Positions 38,894-53,315 of a DNA stretch of 64,000 bases are shown one piece after another. How positions within the stretch are numbered: position 1 is the first letter of the stretch; every line of letters starts with the position of its first letter. The DNA is from Phoronis australis (lineage: Eukaryota; Animalia; Phoronida): contig NMRA01000813.1 of assembly GCA_002633005.1 (NCBI GenBank), forward strand, positions 1-64,000, read 5' to 3'. The translations under genes and the position numbers were made by a program. Under the pieces are notes generated by a model. It worked only from the letters and a program-made list of their open reading frames with translations. It had not been told where the DNA came from and ran no database searches.

Positions 38894-41039
38894 ATCTATG
38901 CCTCAAGCCCTCAAGCCAGACAGGTTATTTTCTTATGGTGATCTCTATGTAAAGTGTGACCAAAAACTCAACGCACAAAATGTGTATAAAAATTCTAAAT
39001 CAAGATTCTGTTGTAAAGAAAAAAAATCCAATTCAAATTGATATTTGTTGTAAAATTTTTGTGAAAAGATCAAGACTGAAGGTTAAGTGTACCAAAGTTG
39101 AAAAAATTAATGGATTCATATAAGATAAATAGAAATGTTTATGATTTTTTGGAGTCACCCTATATTTCGAAGACTAAATGCTGCAGAAGCAATACATAGT
39201 ACATAAACCCATCACCAGATGTCACATCCATACACAGCAACATGCAGTGCTAACCATACAAGATAGGTGGCACTAGTTTATTAGCTTTTGTTATTGACTT
39301 AGTGACTGAGTACGCTAAAAGTCAGCAATCACTAAGAATAAATAAAGTTGATTTTTTTGTCTCTTGCATTTCTCAAAAAATTTTTCTTCTGTCTATTGGG
39401 GCAGACTATAGATTTCTGCCCTTTGAGTTGTAGAAAGATTTTCCAACTTTTAGTCTAAGCCTGCCGGATTTTCGGAGACTCGGTTATTTTTAGCTTAAAG
39501 TCCGAAGACAACAGACCATTCAAGAAAGAGACCCTAGATGTCAAGATGAACTGGCCCTCTTGGCCATGAGTCACCACTTCTGTTCCACACGTATATCTAA
39601 TTAATATGTCAACTTACAGGTTGGTCCCTTTACCATTTCCGTTTATTAATTGCAGATGAAACCAAAGATGCAACAGTCACTAAGAGGGTCCCCATATTTT
39701 AAGAACCAGTTTGATGCTCGTTATTCTGTGGAGAAAACTGCTTCTCAAAATGCGAGGCCCTTGTAACTGACTATCACATGAAAACTTGGAAAAAGCAACT
39801 TGATATACAGGTTCTATAGGTAAAAGTCAGTAGCCGTCGTCTCTTTTTGGAGCTTATGTCAACACAAAGAGTATGAATACTTACGAGGTTGGTCTGTCTC
39901 CTCTAGCGCAGCTCAGTACTGAAAAGGGAAAAAAGAAACCGGGTTACTAGGGGGTCTCCTTTGGCAAAAACATTAACAAGGTTCAGTTTGTGCAGCACGT
40001 TTTTGGGTCCTGATTTCTGCTGACGCTAATACACAGCTCAGTTAGTAAATAGCGAGGGAAAAATGAAAATGAAAGTTCCACAAAGCGAAAAAATCGTTTG
40101 CCATGTAAAGCAGAAATAGCCCAGGCTTTTCCAACACAACTCATGATTTTTAACTGCTCAGAACTTTTCAAACATGGTGCTACACAATGTTTGAACATAT
40201 GTAGCAAGACCATTGGATAACGTCTTTAATAAAAATCAAACAAGTTTTAGATTAACACCTACCGTAAAATCTCACCATTTTGGACAAACATAATTTATCG
40301 AAAATGCACCTTTTTCATTTTCAAGAGCTTGTAACAGTGTTGTGTTCCTGATTTTCAGAGTATTGTTTTAAGGTGGGTGCGATTCAAAACTTGATTACGG
40401 AAAACTATTTAAGTTGGTGCTACATATATTTGATGGAAAAAATGGTAAAATTTCACTTGTCCGCCATATTGTGGCCTAAATTGGAGAGATTTCACCATCT
40501 AAATTTTGAAAGATTATTACGATACGTTCAACAACATTAGTTCCATATTGTGAAGGGGAGTTAACTCCATACATTCCATGTCAATGAACAACTGGTTCAA
40601 CTGTCTGTGTATTAGCTTATAGGGACATCTGGTGTCAAATGATAGGCATTGCTTCCAAACCAAAGGAGCAAATCTCAATACAACTGGACGTTGTACTGGG
40701 AATCTCTGAACATATTTATTCATGTTTTTACCGAATATGAAAAAAATCAAATAGACAGTGCAGATTTCAGTGCTGTTCAGCTCAGCAAATTATTTTGACC
40801 CGCAACACAGATTTGTTGTTCTCCTGTATCCTAGCAACATCATCGAAGCTTAAATCTTTGAAGAACAAAACACCCTTTGCAAACATGTCTTTTAATGACA
40901 TGACATGAACAAGGGAATTTTACACTTGTCAATGTCTTGTTCACTAAAGGCAGAGGGTAAATTCAAACAACTTTCTATTATTTATACCACAGTATCAATG
41001 TCATTTTATTGACCATTCATCATTTTGGCTAGGCCCTTT

Positions 41040-41165
41040 GACTACTTATGAACTGATCTGACAAGAATGTCAACATTTAGCAGACAAAGACTACACAGAC
41101 AGACACACAGACAGACAGATCAAACAACCCCCAGAGGGAGCCACATGACAGGAGGCTATTAGCAC
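41040..41165 (+). mobile_element. Possible HINE-type end fragment with GACA microsatellite
   Basis: ACAGACAGACACACAGACAGACAG followed by a GC-rich imperfect hairpin. Confidence 0.3.
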
Positions 41166-44100
41166 CAACTGGCAGTGACAAATCTCCAAACAAACAAGAA
41201 GCTCCTGTCAGTGGAGACATACTAAATACAAAGAAAACAGAATGCTCAACAGGATATCATAAGTCCTTGTCTGCATGATTTAGAGAACTGTAAAACCAAG
41301 AAATCAGACAAACCATGGGACATTATTGTCAGATGAGGTGGTGTTCATAATTTACCCCAGCTATTTAATCGCTTAATGTAAACAGTCACCCATGTGCACT
41401 AATAAATATTTTCTTTAGCAGATTATAACACAAACTAGTGTGTAAACAATTAACTGATTAGCTGTCATGGCAGCTAAAACTAGTATACATTCAATAAATG
41501 CTCTTAAGTAGCACTCTGCACTCAATGGAATCACCAACAAAAACCTTCTACAGTAGTCTGGAACACCATTTGCTTGCCAAATAATGATTTCTGAGGATGT
41601 GGTTACGATGTCTTTTGTCACAATCCCATAAGCAAAACTCCAGCCCGTGAAAACTTTTTTACAACTCACACCCCCCAAGTCCCCTCCAGTAGCCACACTG
41701 GAGTTTCCACTGAAGGATAACTACCATGTGGTGCATCTGATTCATAATCTCGTGAAAACCAGCGTTGCATGTCACGCGCCCCCCAGCAATTGCTACCATT
41801 GCAGAAGAGTAGCGGAACTCTGCAGTTCAAACCACCTATTTTGGGAGGAGTTGCGATGACTGAGCGAAACCTTGAGCGAAACTCCACAAAATGCGGAAGT
41901 TGCGGCATGAATGGGAAAGTAACATTTAAAACGGGAAACTTAGAAAGCGAATACCCGCTGCGCGAAGTCAACTCAAGTTTGCAAAGTGGAGTCATCACGA
42001 AATCTTATATTTGTACTACGGTTAGAGCATCGCCAATCTGAAGTCAGATGCAACTGACTATGAAGCCGTACCTTCGAAGACAAATAAAGTAATTTTACAA
42101 ACAACGAACAAATTTACAATTTTTTGTTTTTCTTTTCGCATTATCGTGCAGTGAATTCATAATCATAAGCTGATCATACTAAATCAGAACCAAAAATCCA
42201 TCTCATGAAGGGAGTGTGCATGGAACATGACAACTGCTGTCCAACTCAGATGGCTGAAAAATATCTTCGCAGACAATAAAACATTTGGGCACATTTTCGT
42301 CCTTTTGAATAAGGAAACAACATGCATACTTTGATATTAGTAATTTTGAGACCAAAACTGAATTAGGATAAGAATTCAAAATTGGTGAACCGTCGTTAAA
42401 TGTAGCAGAGCCACTTTTATGCAACCAGTCAACAAGGTTTTGTTGAAGTGCTTACACATTGTGTGTCTAGCAAATCTGGGTAAAACCCACTATAAGACAC
42501 GCTTTGAAAAAATTATGAGCACTCATAAGAATGATAGAACCCTTCAATTCTGGCAATCATTTTGTTCGAAAGTGGTGATACTTTACAATAACAACCAAAC
42601 TCACCAAAGTTCCAATAACAATTACTTTAATACTTTTGAATATTATTAATCAACACAAATGGTAGGAATGGAGTAACAGTTAGTTAGCTTACTGCATCAG
42701 TAATTTATGGATTCCCTAAACATGTACTCTGATAATAGCAAAATTAACAGTTTATATCACACGCACCTCTTGTCATCCATTACGTCAACCACGCATAATC
42801 ATCAGCATTTAACCCACTCGTAAACATTAGCTTACCCATAAAGACCAGAAAAGCAATCATTTTCCACAACATCCCATTTAGATATGACAAGCTAAAAAGA
42901 ACGACCAGCAGGATGGCTGACTAGAACACGACTACTCCCCATAGATATACTGTGCATCAAGTGGGGCTGAAGCAGATCGAGCCTGGTAAAATATTTAAGT
43001 CCTCGCAATCCATTAATAAATTGAAATCTATTACGATCAGCCTGTGGCTTAAGTACTGGGACCAATGATGGTTGAGGAAACACTGATGGTCTAGTTTGAT
43101 GGACGTACCAAATGAGCTAATATATTTTAATTGCCATTTCACATAAATTCTACTAAATCTACTGTACAATTTGGACCGCAACACGGCATTAAATTTTCAA
43201 CCATGACAGATTTATGTCTTTTAAGAGTTTCACAACAAATCAACCTTCATTACAGACAGTAATTTTTCTTAAAAACAAAACGTCGAATTTGATTCAATTC
43301 AGAAATGCTTAGCAGTCATTTTTACAGCTAGTCCAACAAAACTGACCATGGCATGGCATGACCCACAACTGGTTCCCATAAATATTAGGGGGGACAAATT
43401 ATATAATAGTTTTATTAATTGACAACATGTTTCACAAACACAGAAACACTTCTTCTCAAACGAAGCATACAGTCTGTAGACCTAGATTTTAGCCTCTGAC
43501 ATAACTGCTGCAGACTGGTTGAATGTTGAAACATGTTTACTGCATATCAGTGATGCATGACAGTCATTATTGATGATGATAATAACTGCTCATCTTGATC
43601 CTGGAGGTTGAGTGACGCCTCTAGAGACATATTTACACACTATTGATGGCGCAGTTGTTCAAGAGTAACCTCTTCAGTAGCATGAAGTGTGCAGAGTGAC
43701 TTTACTACACGCCAAGATTTAGTAGTTAAGTAAATTTTATCTCGTTATAGTAGTAATAAGCTGAAGTTTTAAATGGTGACGGTAAGCAGATGGGGCACAA
43801 AATGGCTGCACTTGAGTGCTTTCCATTTTATTGTTCTCTATGTTCCCTTGATTAACTAGAACTCTGTCATGACTCCCAAATTTGGACAAACTTCTTGCTA
43901 AAATTATTTAAGTTGCAGTTTTATTGCAGCAAAGTAGCATTTTTGTTGAATTTTAGTTAGAGTGTAAACTGGAAGTAAGTGTGCCTGGCCAGTAATTTTT
44001 CGTAGGTAGATGGACTGGGAGTTGTTTCAGGTAAGTTCTTGTGATTTCAACAAAGTGTGCGGATTAGTACCTGTCGAGATTTTGACGAGATTTCTCCCTC

Positions 44101-47100
44101 CTCCCGTAACAACCATTGCGTTAGAAAACAAAGCACACAAACACACACAACAGATGTAGTAAGGTCATATTTTCATGAAAATCTTTTTGAACGCAAAAAT
44201 TTAAAAATCAATTATGGGAAATGAAATTTCTAAGGAAATCTAACTTTTAAGAATGTTTTGCACTGTGGTGGAGATAACTTTAACCAACAGCTGTCTCTGA
44301 ACAACATTTGGCAATACTTTGAGAAGCTCCAACAATGCAGAAAGTCCTTGAAAAATTAACAAAGGCAGCTGCATGTTACCAGAGAGTTAAGTCAGAAAAT
44401 GAAGACTGTTTACCCTCTCTATAAACAAGGGTTGACAGTGGCTTCATTGATTTTAATTCCATTTCAGACTTAAGTTTTTAATCAGTTCCCTTGGAGAATG
44501 GTCATAAACTGACGCCATAAAAACATTGGAAGCTAGGTTATGTAGAAAAAATACCAGATGACTGAGAAGATGGACACCAGAATATTTTAACAAGTAACAC
44601 ATTTAACAGACCAGCGCTGCAGAAGGCAGCTGTACCAGTTGGAAAATCTATCAGGCACCAACGCAGAACGCATTTAATGATTTTTTAACAGATCTGGGTC
44701 AGTTTGTTGTTGATGATGAAGTATGTCGTAATTAAATCTTTAAGTTTGGAAACTGTGCAAAATATAAATCTCAACGACGCTGACAACTGAACAGATATAA
44801 TGTCAGAATTTAAAGATTTGTGAATCGATCAAACACATTTACCTTGCAGTTGAGACTACTTAACAATACTGTTTACCACAAACTCTTAAGTGCTCTGAAT
44901 GAAAAGACTTTTTTATAAAAAAAGCGGACAGGTTTCCACCCATTCGTTCTTGAGCAGGTACTAAAAATTCTTGTTGCTATTCAAAAACTTCTACAATAAC
45001 GCACATTTCATAACCAACACCTAAAACCGTAAGAGTGCCTCAAAATCTTGTAAAACTTGCGGAAGCCACCATTACCAAAAAATATGGCTATGGACGTTCA
45101 TTTCATGCCTAATTTTAAATAGCCTGAACAATTAACAACCAAATTAACACCTATTCCAAACGTCACTGGTCCAAATGACCTGACCACATGTACCATGGAG
45201 AACTTGGCCGTACACAAATTGGCTATGGAGTCACCGTTAATGAGCAGTGTTTTTTAGCACAAATATGTTATCGCTAGACAAGTGTAATTAACGTTGAATT
45301 CTCCTGTCTACCTGCTTTCTTAATTAACAATTAAGGTGATCGCTTGATTGCCATGCCTGTGAAATCCATACACTAACGTCGCAGGTACCCACCCCACAAG
45401 TCTTGACATCTACCTGGATCATTAGTCACCTAGTGGTTTTAATTGACACGATCCCTTGATGAACAAAAAATTAGCGGAATTGACTTAAAAGTAAAAATTA
45501 CACGAAGGAGTCAGTTTCCTAATATTTTTCTTGTAAAATGACTTAAGCTTTATTTAACATTTCTGATGTTACGAACAAAATGCTGTGAACTGCAAAGAGC
45601 AAGCGTGCATACAAAAATAAGAAATGAAATGTATGGCTATGAAATGAACCCTTCACTTGGTTTTCTATTGCACACAGTTTAATACCGGTTCCAAATCTAA
45701 ATGCAAAGAAAATTAGACCCGTACTTATGCAAATAAAGTCTGAATAAAGCAACCAATTTTAAATTTAAATAAATTATTTTTGGCTCACATTGTTAACGTC
45801 CACAAACTTAGATTCAATTTAGAAGAAAACCGGCAGTGACACAACTCCAAGAAAAGCGTATTTCACTTTCAAGATAAGCAACTACTGTTTTTGTTACCTT
45901 TAATAAAGTAAAGATCCTTGTTTATCTTGAATAGCATTTTCCTGTTAATTACTGTTCTGTTAATTACTGTTTCGTTGGCATGTATTTAGTATTCACAGAA
46001 CACAGGCCAGTGAAAGGAAACATCTTGATTCGGCATTCATTTCCTCGCACACAAATGATGGTCAGACTGTTCCAAAAGCGAGCACGACGTTGCGTTTGCT
46101 CAGTGGAAGTGAATGCAGAACTGGGCCTTTCCACTTTCTGTGGATGGTTATATTGACCTTTGACCTCAGTCCTGTATTTGCAATTGTTTTCCCCAACAAT
46201 CTTTGTTTTGCTGTTACTAATATTGGTTGTGTTTGCTCCACTCCTTATTATTTCCATACTTACTTTTACTCCACAAATATGAATACACCCACCTGGGTAC
46301 TTTAACAGGGAAAATACACCCTCAAGAGATCCGTATTCTGACTTAAACGTAACATCCAAAATGGCAAAATTCCTTTTAATAGGATTGACACCACTAAACA
46401 AGAGTGAAAACAAACCAACATACTTGGCGAAATTCGTGAATTTCGCTAAGTAAAGAGACCAGATTAAACGTCCTGCCTTAGCTTTACATGTTTAGGGTCT
46501 GTTACTGGGGCGTTCCTTAGCCCTCATGTTGATGAATCACAAAATGACTTGGCAGACTTTTTAGCAGAAACTTCATCACTGGATTAATTGCCCCCTTTAA
46601 AAATATTTTGTAATCAAATCTCAACTGTTGCTTGAAATGCCATTTACACATCCCAAATGACATGTACAACATGTTGGAAAATAAACAGTCTGACATCGCA
46701 GCAGGTTGCCTTTAAAATGAATTTTGCAGTTCCTTTCTCCAACAGGAAATCAACCCCAAACGAAAACATAGTCAGTTATGTAGTCAGACCCAGAGTATTC
46801 AGATTTTGTAAAAATGCACACGCACTTAGACTGTTATTTAAGCACTACCTGAGTCACTACAAAGAATAAATTACATGGTTATAGCAGCTCTTAAAACAGC
46901 ATTTGATACAAAATGTGGCTCATAGTCTCCCTTGTCACGACTGGAATGCTCTAGAAAACCATAAAGTTACCAGTCCCTCCAAAATTTGATGAATTGGTTC
47001 ACATCTGACAGGGATCCTAGTCCTTAATCAGTGCTCTCCACGACAGAGAATTCAAATTTGACTCGAATTAAAAAAATCATTAAGTGTTGGAAAATCCATG

Positions 47101-50100
47101 TCCATACTAGTACTTAACCATACTATGGAGAGTTTGGAACAAATGCATTGAACTGGAATCAAAGTCCAAAATGTCCTATTTTCCGAAATGACTAATCCCT
47201 CAACACTTCAAACTAGTTGCAAAGATTTTCAAACTCGATGCAAATAGGCAAGCCAAGCACATCATGGCAAAATTCAAATTCGACACAGTGACGAGTCAAA
47301 ACAGGTTGTGTAGAACACTGTGATTCGCTTTTGCATTGGTGTGATGGAGGAATCCCAACCACCTGCTGTGTTTGGCCCTTGTTGGAACCTGTAGACAAAA
47401 TACTGGAACCGTGCATGTCATTCATCCGCTAACTCCAACCTAAAATTGAACCTGATGTCATTACCATACAGAAAGTTTGGAACCCACACAGGATAGGAAG
47501 CTCAGCTTTTATATCTCATGGCCAATAGCACTTTTACTTAAACACTACTCCTTTTTTAAACTCCTGAGAAGTAATAGCCATTAAGTTTTCATCACTATAC
47601 AGTGCTTGTGCCTGATTAAGCACTCATTGCCCCATGTACATGGTTCATTCCACTTCACTGACATTCTGTCATCAACCCCTAGTACAGACACTGGGCAAGG
47701 AATAGTCAATGGTGCCCACAGACTGCGACCACTGTCTATCACTGATGTGGTTAGTGCCAAATCTGGCCATGAAATTTAATTTTGTTTATTTCACATGCTA
47801 TCCAATACCTGTGAGCAAGTAAGATCATTTTACAAACCAATCTGATATAAAATCTGCAAATGATGGCAATGCTGTGTCTAAGTACTTGGTCTTGTCAAAA
47901 TGCAGCAGACACAACCCACCTGATTAAAAAAATATTTATTTTATCTAAACATTTGTTTTGCCGTACAGCGGAAATATGACAGGCCACAGTTTGGCAACAA
48001 ATTGTTAACCCACCAACACTGTGTTTTATTCGAATGATATTTTGATTTAAAAAATGAGCACAAGCGAAAAACATGAACCCAAATTGTCATTGATATAGTG
48101 TGCTATTTAAACACCAGGGGGCATGACCAGCCAGCACTTCTCATCTCTCCTGTGTTCATATGGCAGAGCTCTGGTGAACCATTTGGGACCTGCTACTTTC
48201 ATTGGCAGGGCCTCTAAGATACCTCCAGATCCAGAAACCATCTATGTAGTGTACAATGCTGACACCAGGAGGCATGACCAGTCTACTTTCTACTTCACAC
48301 CAACTCACATGGCAAACCGTTTAGTGGTCTGAAGACCCTGAGAGATGACAGGCATCAGTTGTGCACTTCCTCATTATAAATGACAAGCCAATGGAGTGAC
48401 AGCCATGCTGCCCCAGGTTGTGAAAGCTTTGCAAGATTTCAGACACAATTTATGTCCCATTTCAAACAGCATTAAATGACCCTTATAATGTCATACTGAC
48501 AGATGGATAAAAGAATGAAACCCCCACCCCACCGCAGCCTCCATGAAAAAACAGGAATAAATTATGAAGAAATTTTTATTTTGACTGTTACAAATTTGAA
48601 GCTGTTCCCTGGTCACATCTCCAGCATACACCTATGGCAAGGGTACTGCAAGTGCTAAACGTGTGAGTTAATTCATCCCTCCACTTCGTTCTCATCTGTA
48701 CACAATTTTAATTAAAATTCTGACTTATTTTGCGAGGACAACCAATTGACGTCATAAATACATTTTATTTCTGTCACTGACCGAGCAACCCTCCCTGGTG
48801 CAGTGGTTCAAATGCGTTCAAATCTTGCATTTTCATCTTTCCTTGGCAGAATCATTTGGTGTCTGCTCACAGCAGCTATAGAACACAATCAACATTCCTC
48901 TCAAACAATAATTTGACCATTGGACAAACCACAGCACAAATACCACTACTGGGATGTCAGGGATGTTAGGGATCTCCATTGTCTCTGGGACCAACATCAG
49001 AGTAATCAGACCTGTTTATTTATCACCAGGACGCCACTAATACAGGTGTTATGTTCCCCAGATGGGTTGGGGACATTTTTTGTTGCCAGATTTCCCCGCC
49101 AGATCAACTGTAGATCCTATTACTAAACACAGAGAGAGGCAAGTTCAGTTGTGAACGACCTCTCCCCGTTTCTGTTATTTAGGATGACTTTCCAGTGGCA
49201 GTGTGGCTACGCTACGACTACAGTGAAATCTCACCAATTAAGGGCACAATGTGTTAAGTGAAATATATTTTTTGATTTCCCCTTCAAAGATATGTATCAA
49301 TAAAGTAATGCTTTTATATGTCCAAGTTTCGCACCACAGCTGCTACCCAACAAAGCTCGGATGAATTGCCGACATACACGGCCTTGTTAGAACCCTTTGA
49401 AAAAATGAAAAACAGCTATTTTGGTAATTATTTTTGTCCAAAATTGGTGTAATTCCATCGTAAATCAAAAAAGTGAAGAAGTGAAAATTTCAACATTTTC
49501 ATACTGAAACTTGCGCAACAATCAATTTTTAACAAAAATTCACATAATTTCAAATCTTATAAACTTACGTTTTAAACAACCACCACCAAAAATCCTCATT
49601 TGGTGCAAAAATTAAACACAATTAATTCTAGAAAAAAATCTGTGTCTGAAATCCAGAAGGCTTAAGAGTATTGTTTAAAAAAAAATTGTTCAGTTCGTAA
49701 CAATTCGCTTTACTCAATTGTTTACACAAATGGCTCACAATTCACATTGTGTTTTCATTTCTTCCTGACGTGTTGAACATGACCACACAGATTCCACTTG
49801 AAATTCTGAAAATTTCCCAATTGTTCCCACAGTTGTTGTTGACTTAGATAAATGTCATGGAACACTTTTTGTGACAACAACGGAAGTTTTTTATGTCAAT
49901 GGTGTCTATTTTAGAACCTAGACTGGCAATGGTTTTTATCGTACTTAAACACAAGCAGTCACAGCCCTGCCAATCAATGTCAACCTGCGTCGATTTCCAG
50001 AAAAAATCGAAGCATTGGGTCCACCTGGAGGGACGACTAGGAACTAGCAACAACGCTGACCATGAATTAGTTAACACGAAATGATATCAAAAACAGATGA

Positions 50101-53100
50101 GCTGGTGCGTAATTTTAAAAATTCTATTTTCAATCCTTTCATTGATCGATTTAAATTTGAAATTTAATCTCAAAAACAAGTTTGTATTCAAACACACACG
50201 TCACTAAGTAATCATAGCTCTAATAATAGTCACTGCTAGATTTCAGAGAACAATAATTGTCAAAGTAATACAAAAAGCTCCCCAAGCTTTAAATTTTCGA
50301 GCGTTAAAGAAAGCCACTAATACTCATATTACAGAAAAAAGAGCCCAAAACCACAGAAATATGCAGTAAATACTACGGTAAATGGCTGAAATTCAATCCT
50401 CCTGACAAAGGCAGAGGCGCAAAAATCATTTCATAAGTCACGCGATACCGCAGCTCTATCATGATTTAAATAGGATAGTGTAATGTATCAATTCAAACTC
50501 CCCTACTTTATTGTGCGCAGTAGGTGTCCAATGCTCGGCTGTACCTGGTCGTGTCAAACACGATTTTCAAGTATTATCAGTCACATACCAGAGACCTTGT
50601 ACCAACAGGAAAATATGCAGATGAGTAGCTACCAGGCATTCTGTTTGACAAGTCTGTGCTTGAGTGCATAACTCGCACTATTCAACAGTTGGAGTACCTT
50701 CAAATGTCCACCCTCTATAACCGCAACTTGTCATAACAACTTTTGGAAACAAAAAACAACAAAAAATAGCGGAGTCTCGTATTTAGCATTTACCAAAAGC
50801 CAAAAATTATGCAATTTTTCCTTCATCTATTCAAACATGGCAATCCACCATGTTGGACATCTTTGCAATATTTTTGGGAATCTTCAGCCATGTGTCAAAA
50901 GCTTTTGAGCCATGTTTGAAAGTACATAGCACCTTCAGCTTTAAAGACAAATGATTGGGAATGCGTAATGGTACCTTTTTACCATTTTGAATTAAAAATG
51001 ATTGCGACACAGCCAGCAAGTGAAAATAATGGGTAACTCTAATCTGCATGCAAAGAGATGTTTTTGTGAATAAACACAATGGAAGATTAGGACGAGGAAA
51101 CACCGAGGAAACACGACAATTTGCACCATGTTTAAACTTTTGCTCACTGAGACCACTCTAATTGTTTTGTCAAAGATTCTCGTTGCAAATGATAAGATTT
51201 CATCGCTGAGTACTGTACACTAACAACTAAAATTACTGAAGGATTTTTGGAAGAAAAAAATGCTTTCTCAAGCGTGATATTCTTCCGACAATTTTCAGTA
51301 CTTCAAAATTGAAATGAAGCAACCACCATAAATTAATTTTCACCTCCGCATTTCATTTCTTAGAATCCGATGAATCAGCACAGAGCACGGGATTCTTGCC
51401 TAATTTCACACCACCAGCAGGGTACCAATAGATCATCCACTCATAGTTAACCCACATATGCCACCCTGAAATTAGTTCAAGTGGTCATGGGTGAGTGACC
51501 ATTACACAATACCAGCAGAAACCATTGACGCCTCCCTTGCAGCCACCACCAACAGGCATACCAGGTTCTGGAACCAGGACATTGAATGGTGTCCCGAGTT
51601 TTAGTAAAAAGTAATGGGTAAGGAGAATTTTCCAGTGAACTCTTCGTGGTTTAGTCTTTCCATTTGGGACATGTTAGTTTTTCAAGAAAAAAGGCAATTC
51701 CCATTAATTATTAAGGCAAAATCGGAATTTCTGGCACAATCAATTTGCTGTAGAATCTTACAAGCTTTGAACAAAAATTGTTGTCAAAATTGTCTTTTTT
51801 ATTTTCAAGGGCTTCAAACATTTCTGTGGATGCCCATATTTTTTCAAAATATTATCTACGGAAACCCTGTATGGTCTAGAATTTGAACATGATATGCAAT
51901 GACGCACATCTTTCACAGAAAACAGGCAGAAAATAAATTTCACTTGTCTACCACAGTGCTTCTTAAATTAAACAGATATCACCACATTTCTTCGGAACAT
52001 TATAGTCTCTCTAGCTTCAACATTCACAACAATTTCATATCGCAATTTCTAAAAGATCTGAAGTGTCAGCCTAACAGGCTTCATGTTCACAGTAAGAACA
52101 TGACCTTCAGTTGTCAGATTCAAGGCCTTTCATGCAGACCCTGACCTCCCCCCCCCCCGTCCCCACCCCCTCCCGGGCTTGAAAAAACATCAATGATGGT
52201 GCCCGGTTGGGTTCTAATTACTTTCTCCATTCAGAAAGAAACCATGGTTAAATTTTCAGAACACAAGGGGTATTTAGCACAGACTTGAAAATATAAACAT
52301 ATTGAGTTTGGAACAACTGCCCAACCAATTTATAGTTTTGATTATCAGGCACAGATGGCAAGATTTTCGACTGGTTTCACCACAAGGTGAAATGCACATA
52401 TTAATCCAAACAAAATGTATGTGAAAAAAGACCTTACAAAAATTGTTTCCAAGCTTTTTAATACCAAAATTGTAAACAATATAAAGGCACAGATAAAAGC
52501 AGGCCAACAAATCAGCTATTCTGTTAAATACAACAAAATAATTTTGGAAACGGGGAAAACCTCTTTGTTCAATCTATGCAAATGCGATTCACATTAATTT
52601 TCTTAAAATAACGAGATTACAAGCGACTCAGGCAGATCAATACTCCTGAAGACAGCCACTGTACCAGCAAGACTGCACAGTGTAAACATGCAGGTATTAA
52701 AACATATTTGATCCTCTGACAGACAGCTGGACAAAAGTACCATCTTATGTTTCACTTAAAATCAATACACAAACCTTGATTACCATATGGACAAACAAAA
52801 ACCCTCTGCTTGTTTTCATTAGCGATGACTGTCCATGGTCACTATGGATTATGAAGTTCAACCTCATGCTGACCAAGTGAAATCAATGGAGAGATAAGGT
52901 TGAATAAAATGACTTAATTACATAGTTGGCTTTGGGGCCTGCTTTGTATTAAGCAAGTCTCTGGCTCGGGGCTGTTAATTTTGGGATGAATATTCCATAA
53001 TAATTAATTGAATCCAGTCAAGTTGTACAACAATGAATGCAGCTAGTCAGCTAGTACCTACCCACTGCAAGAAGGATGTGATTACCAGTCTCGTTTACTC

Positions 53101-53250
53101 AACTTCACGTCATACAGCCAACAAGTAATCTCATTTGAGTCAAAATCATGAACACCCATTTTGTTAAGGAAGTAATCAACTTCTGAACATTTTACATTGA
53201 GGAGCATTAAATAATTGGTAACAGTCGCTTACAGAGGTCCTGCATTTTGA

Positions 53251-53315
53251 GAATCTGAACAACGAGCAAACTGATTCTCAAAATCTGAACAACGAGCAAA
53301 CTGACTCTCAAAATC
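53251..53315 (+). repeat. 31-bp tandem duplication
   Basis: AATCTGAACAACGAGCAAACTGA(T/C)TCTCAA x2. Confidence 0.9.

Noticed and set aside
46154-46166. Nuclear-receptor DR1 TGACCTTTGACCT
   Set aside because: Single site, and the motif is common in interspersed repeats; no independent support.
45964-46413. 149-aa minus-strand ORF
   Set aside because: No motif or family resemblance and a non-ATG start; treated as chance.
48790-48830. tRNA-like TCCCTGGTGCAGTGG...GTTCAAATC
   Set aside because: Too short and no cloverleaf; at most a decayed SINE head.
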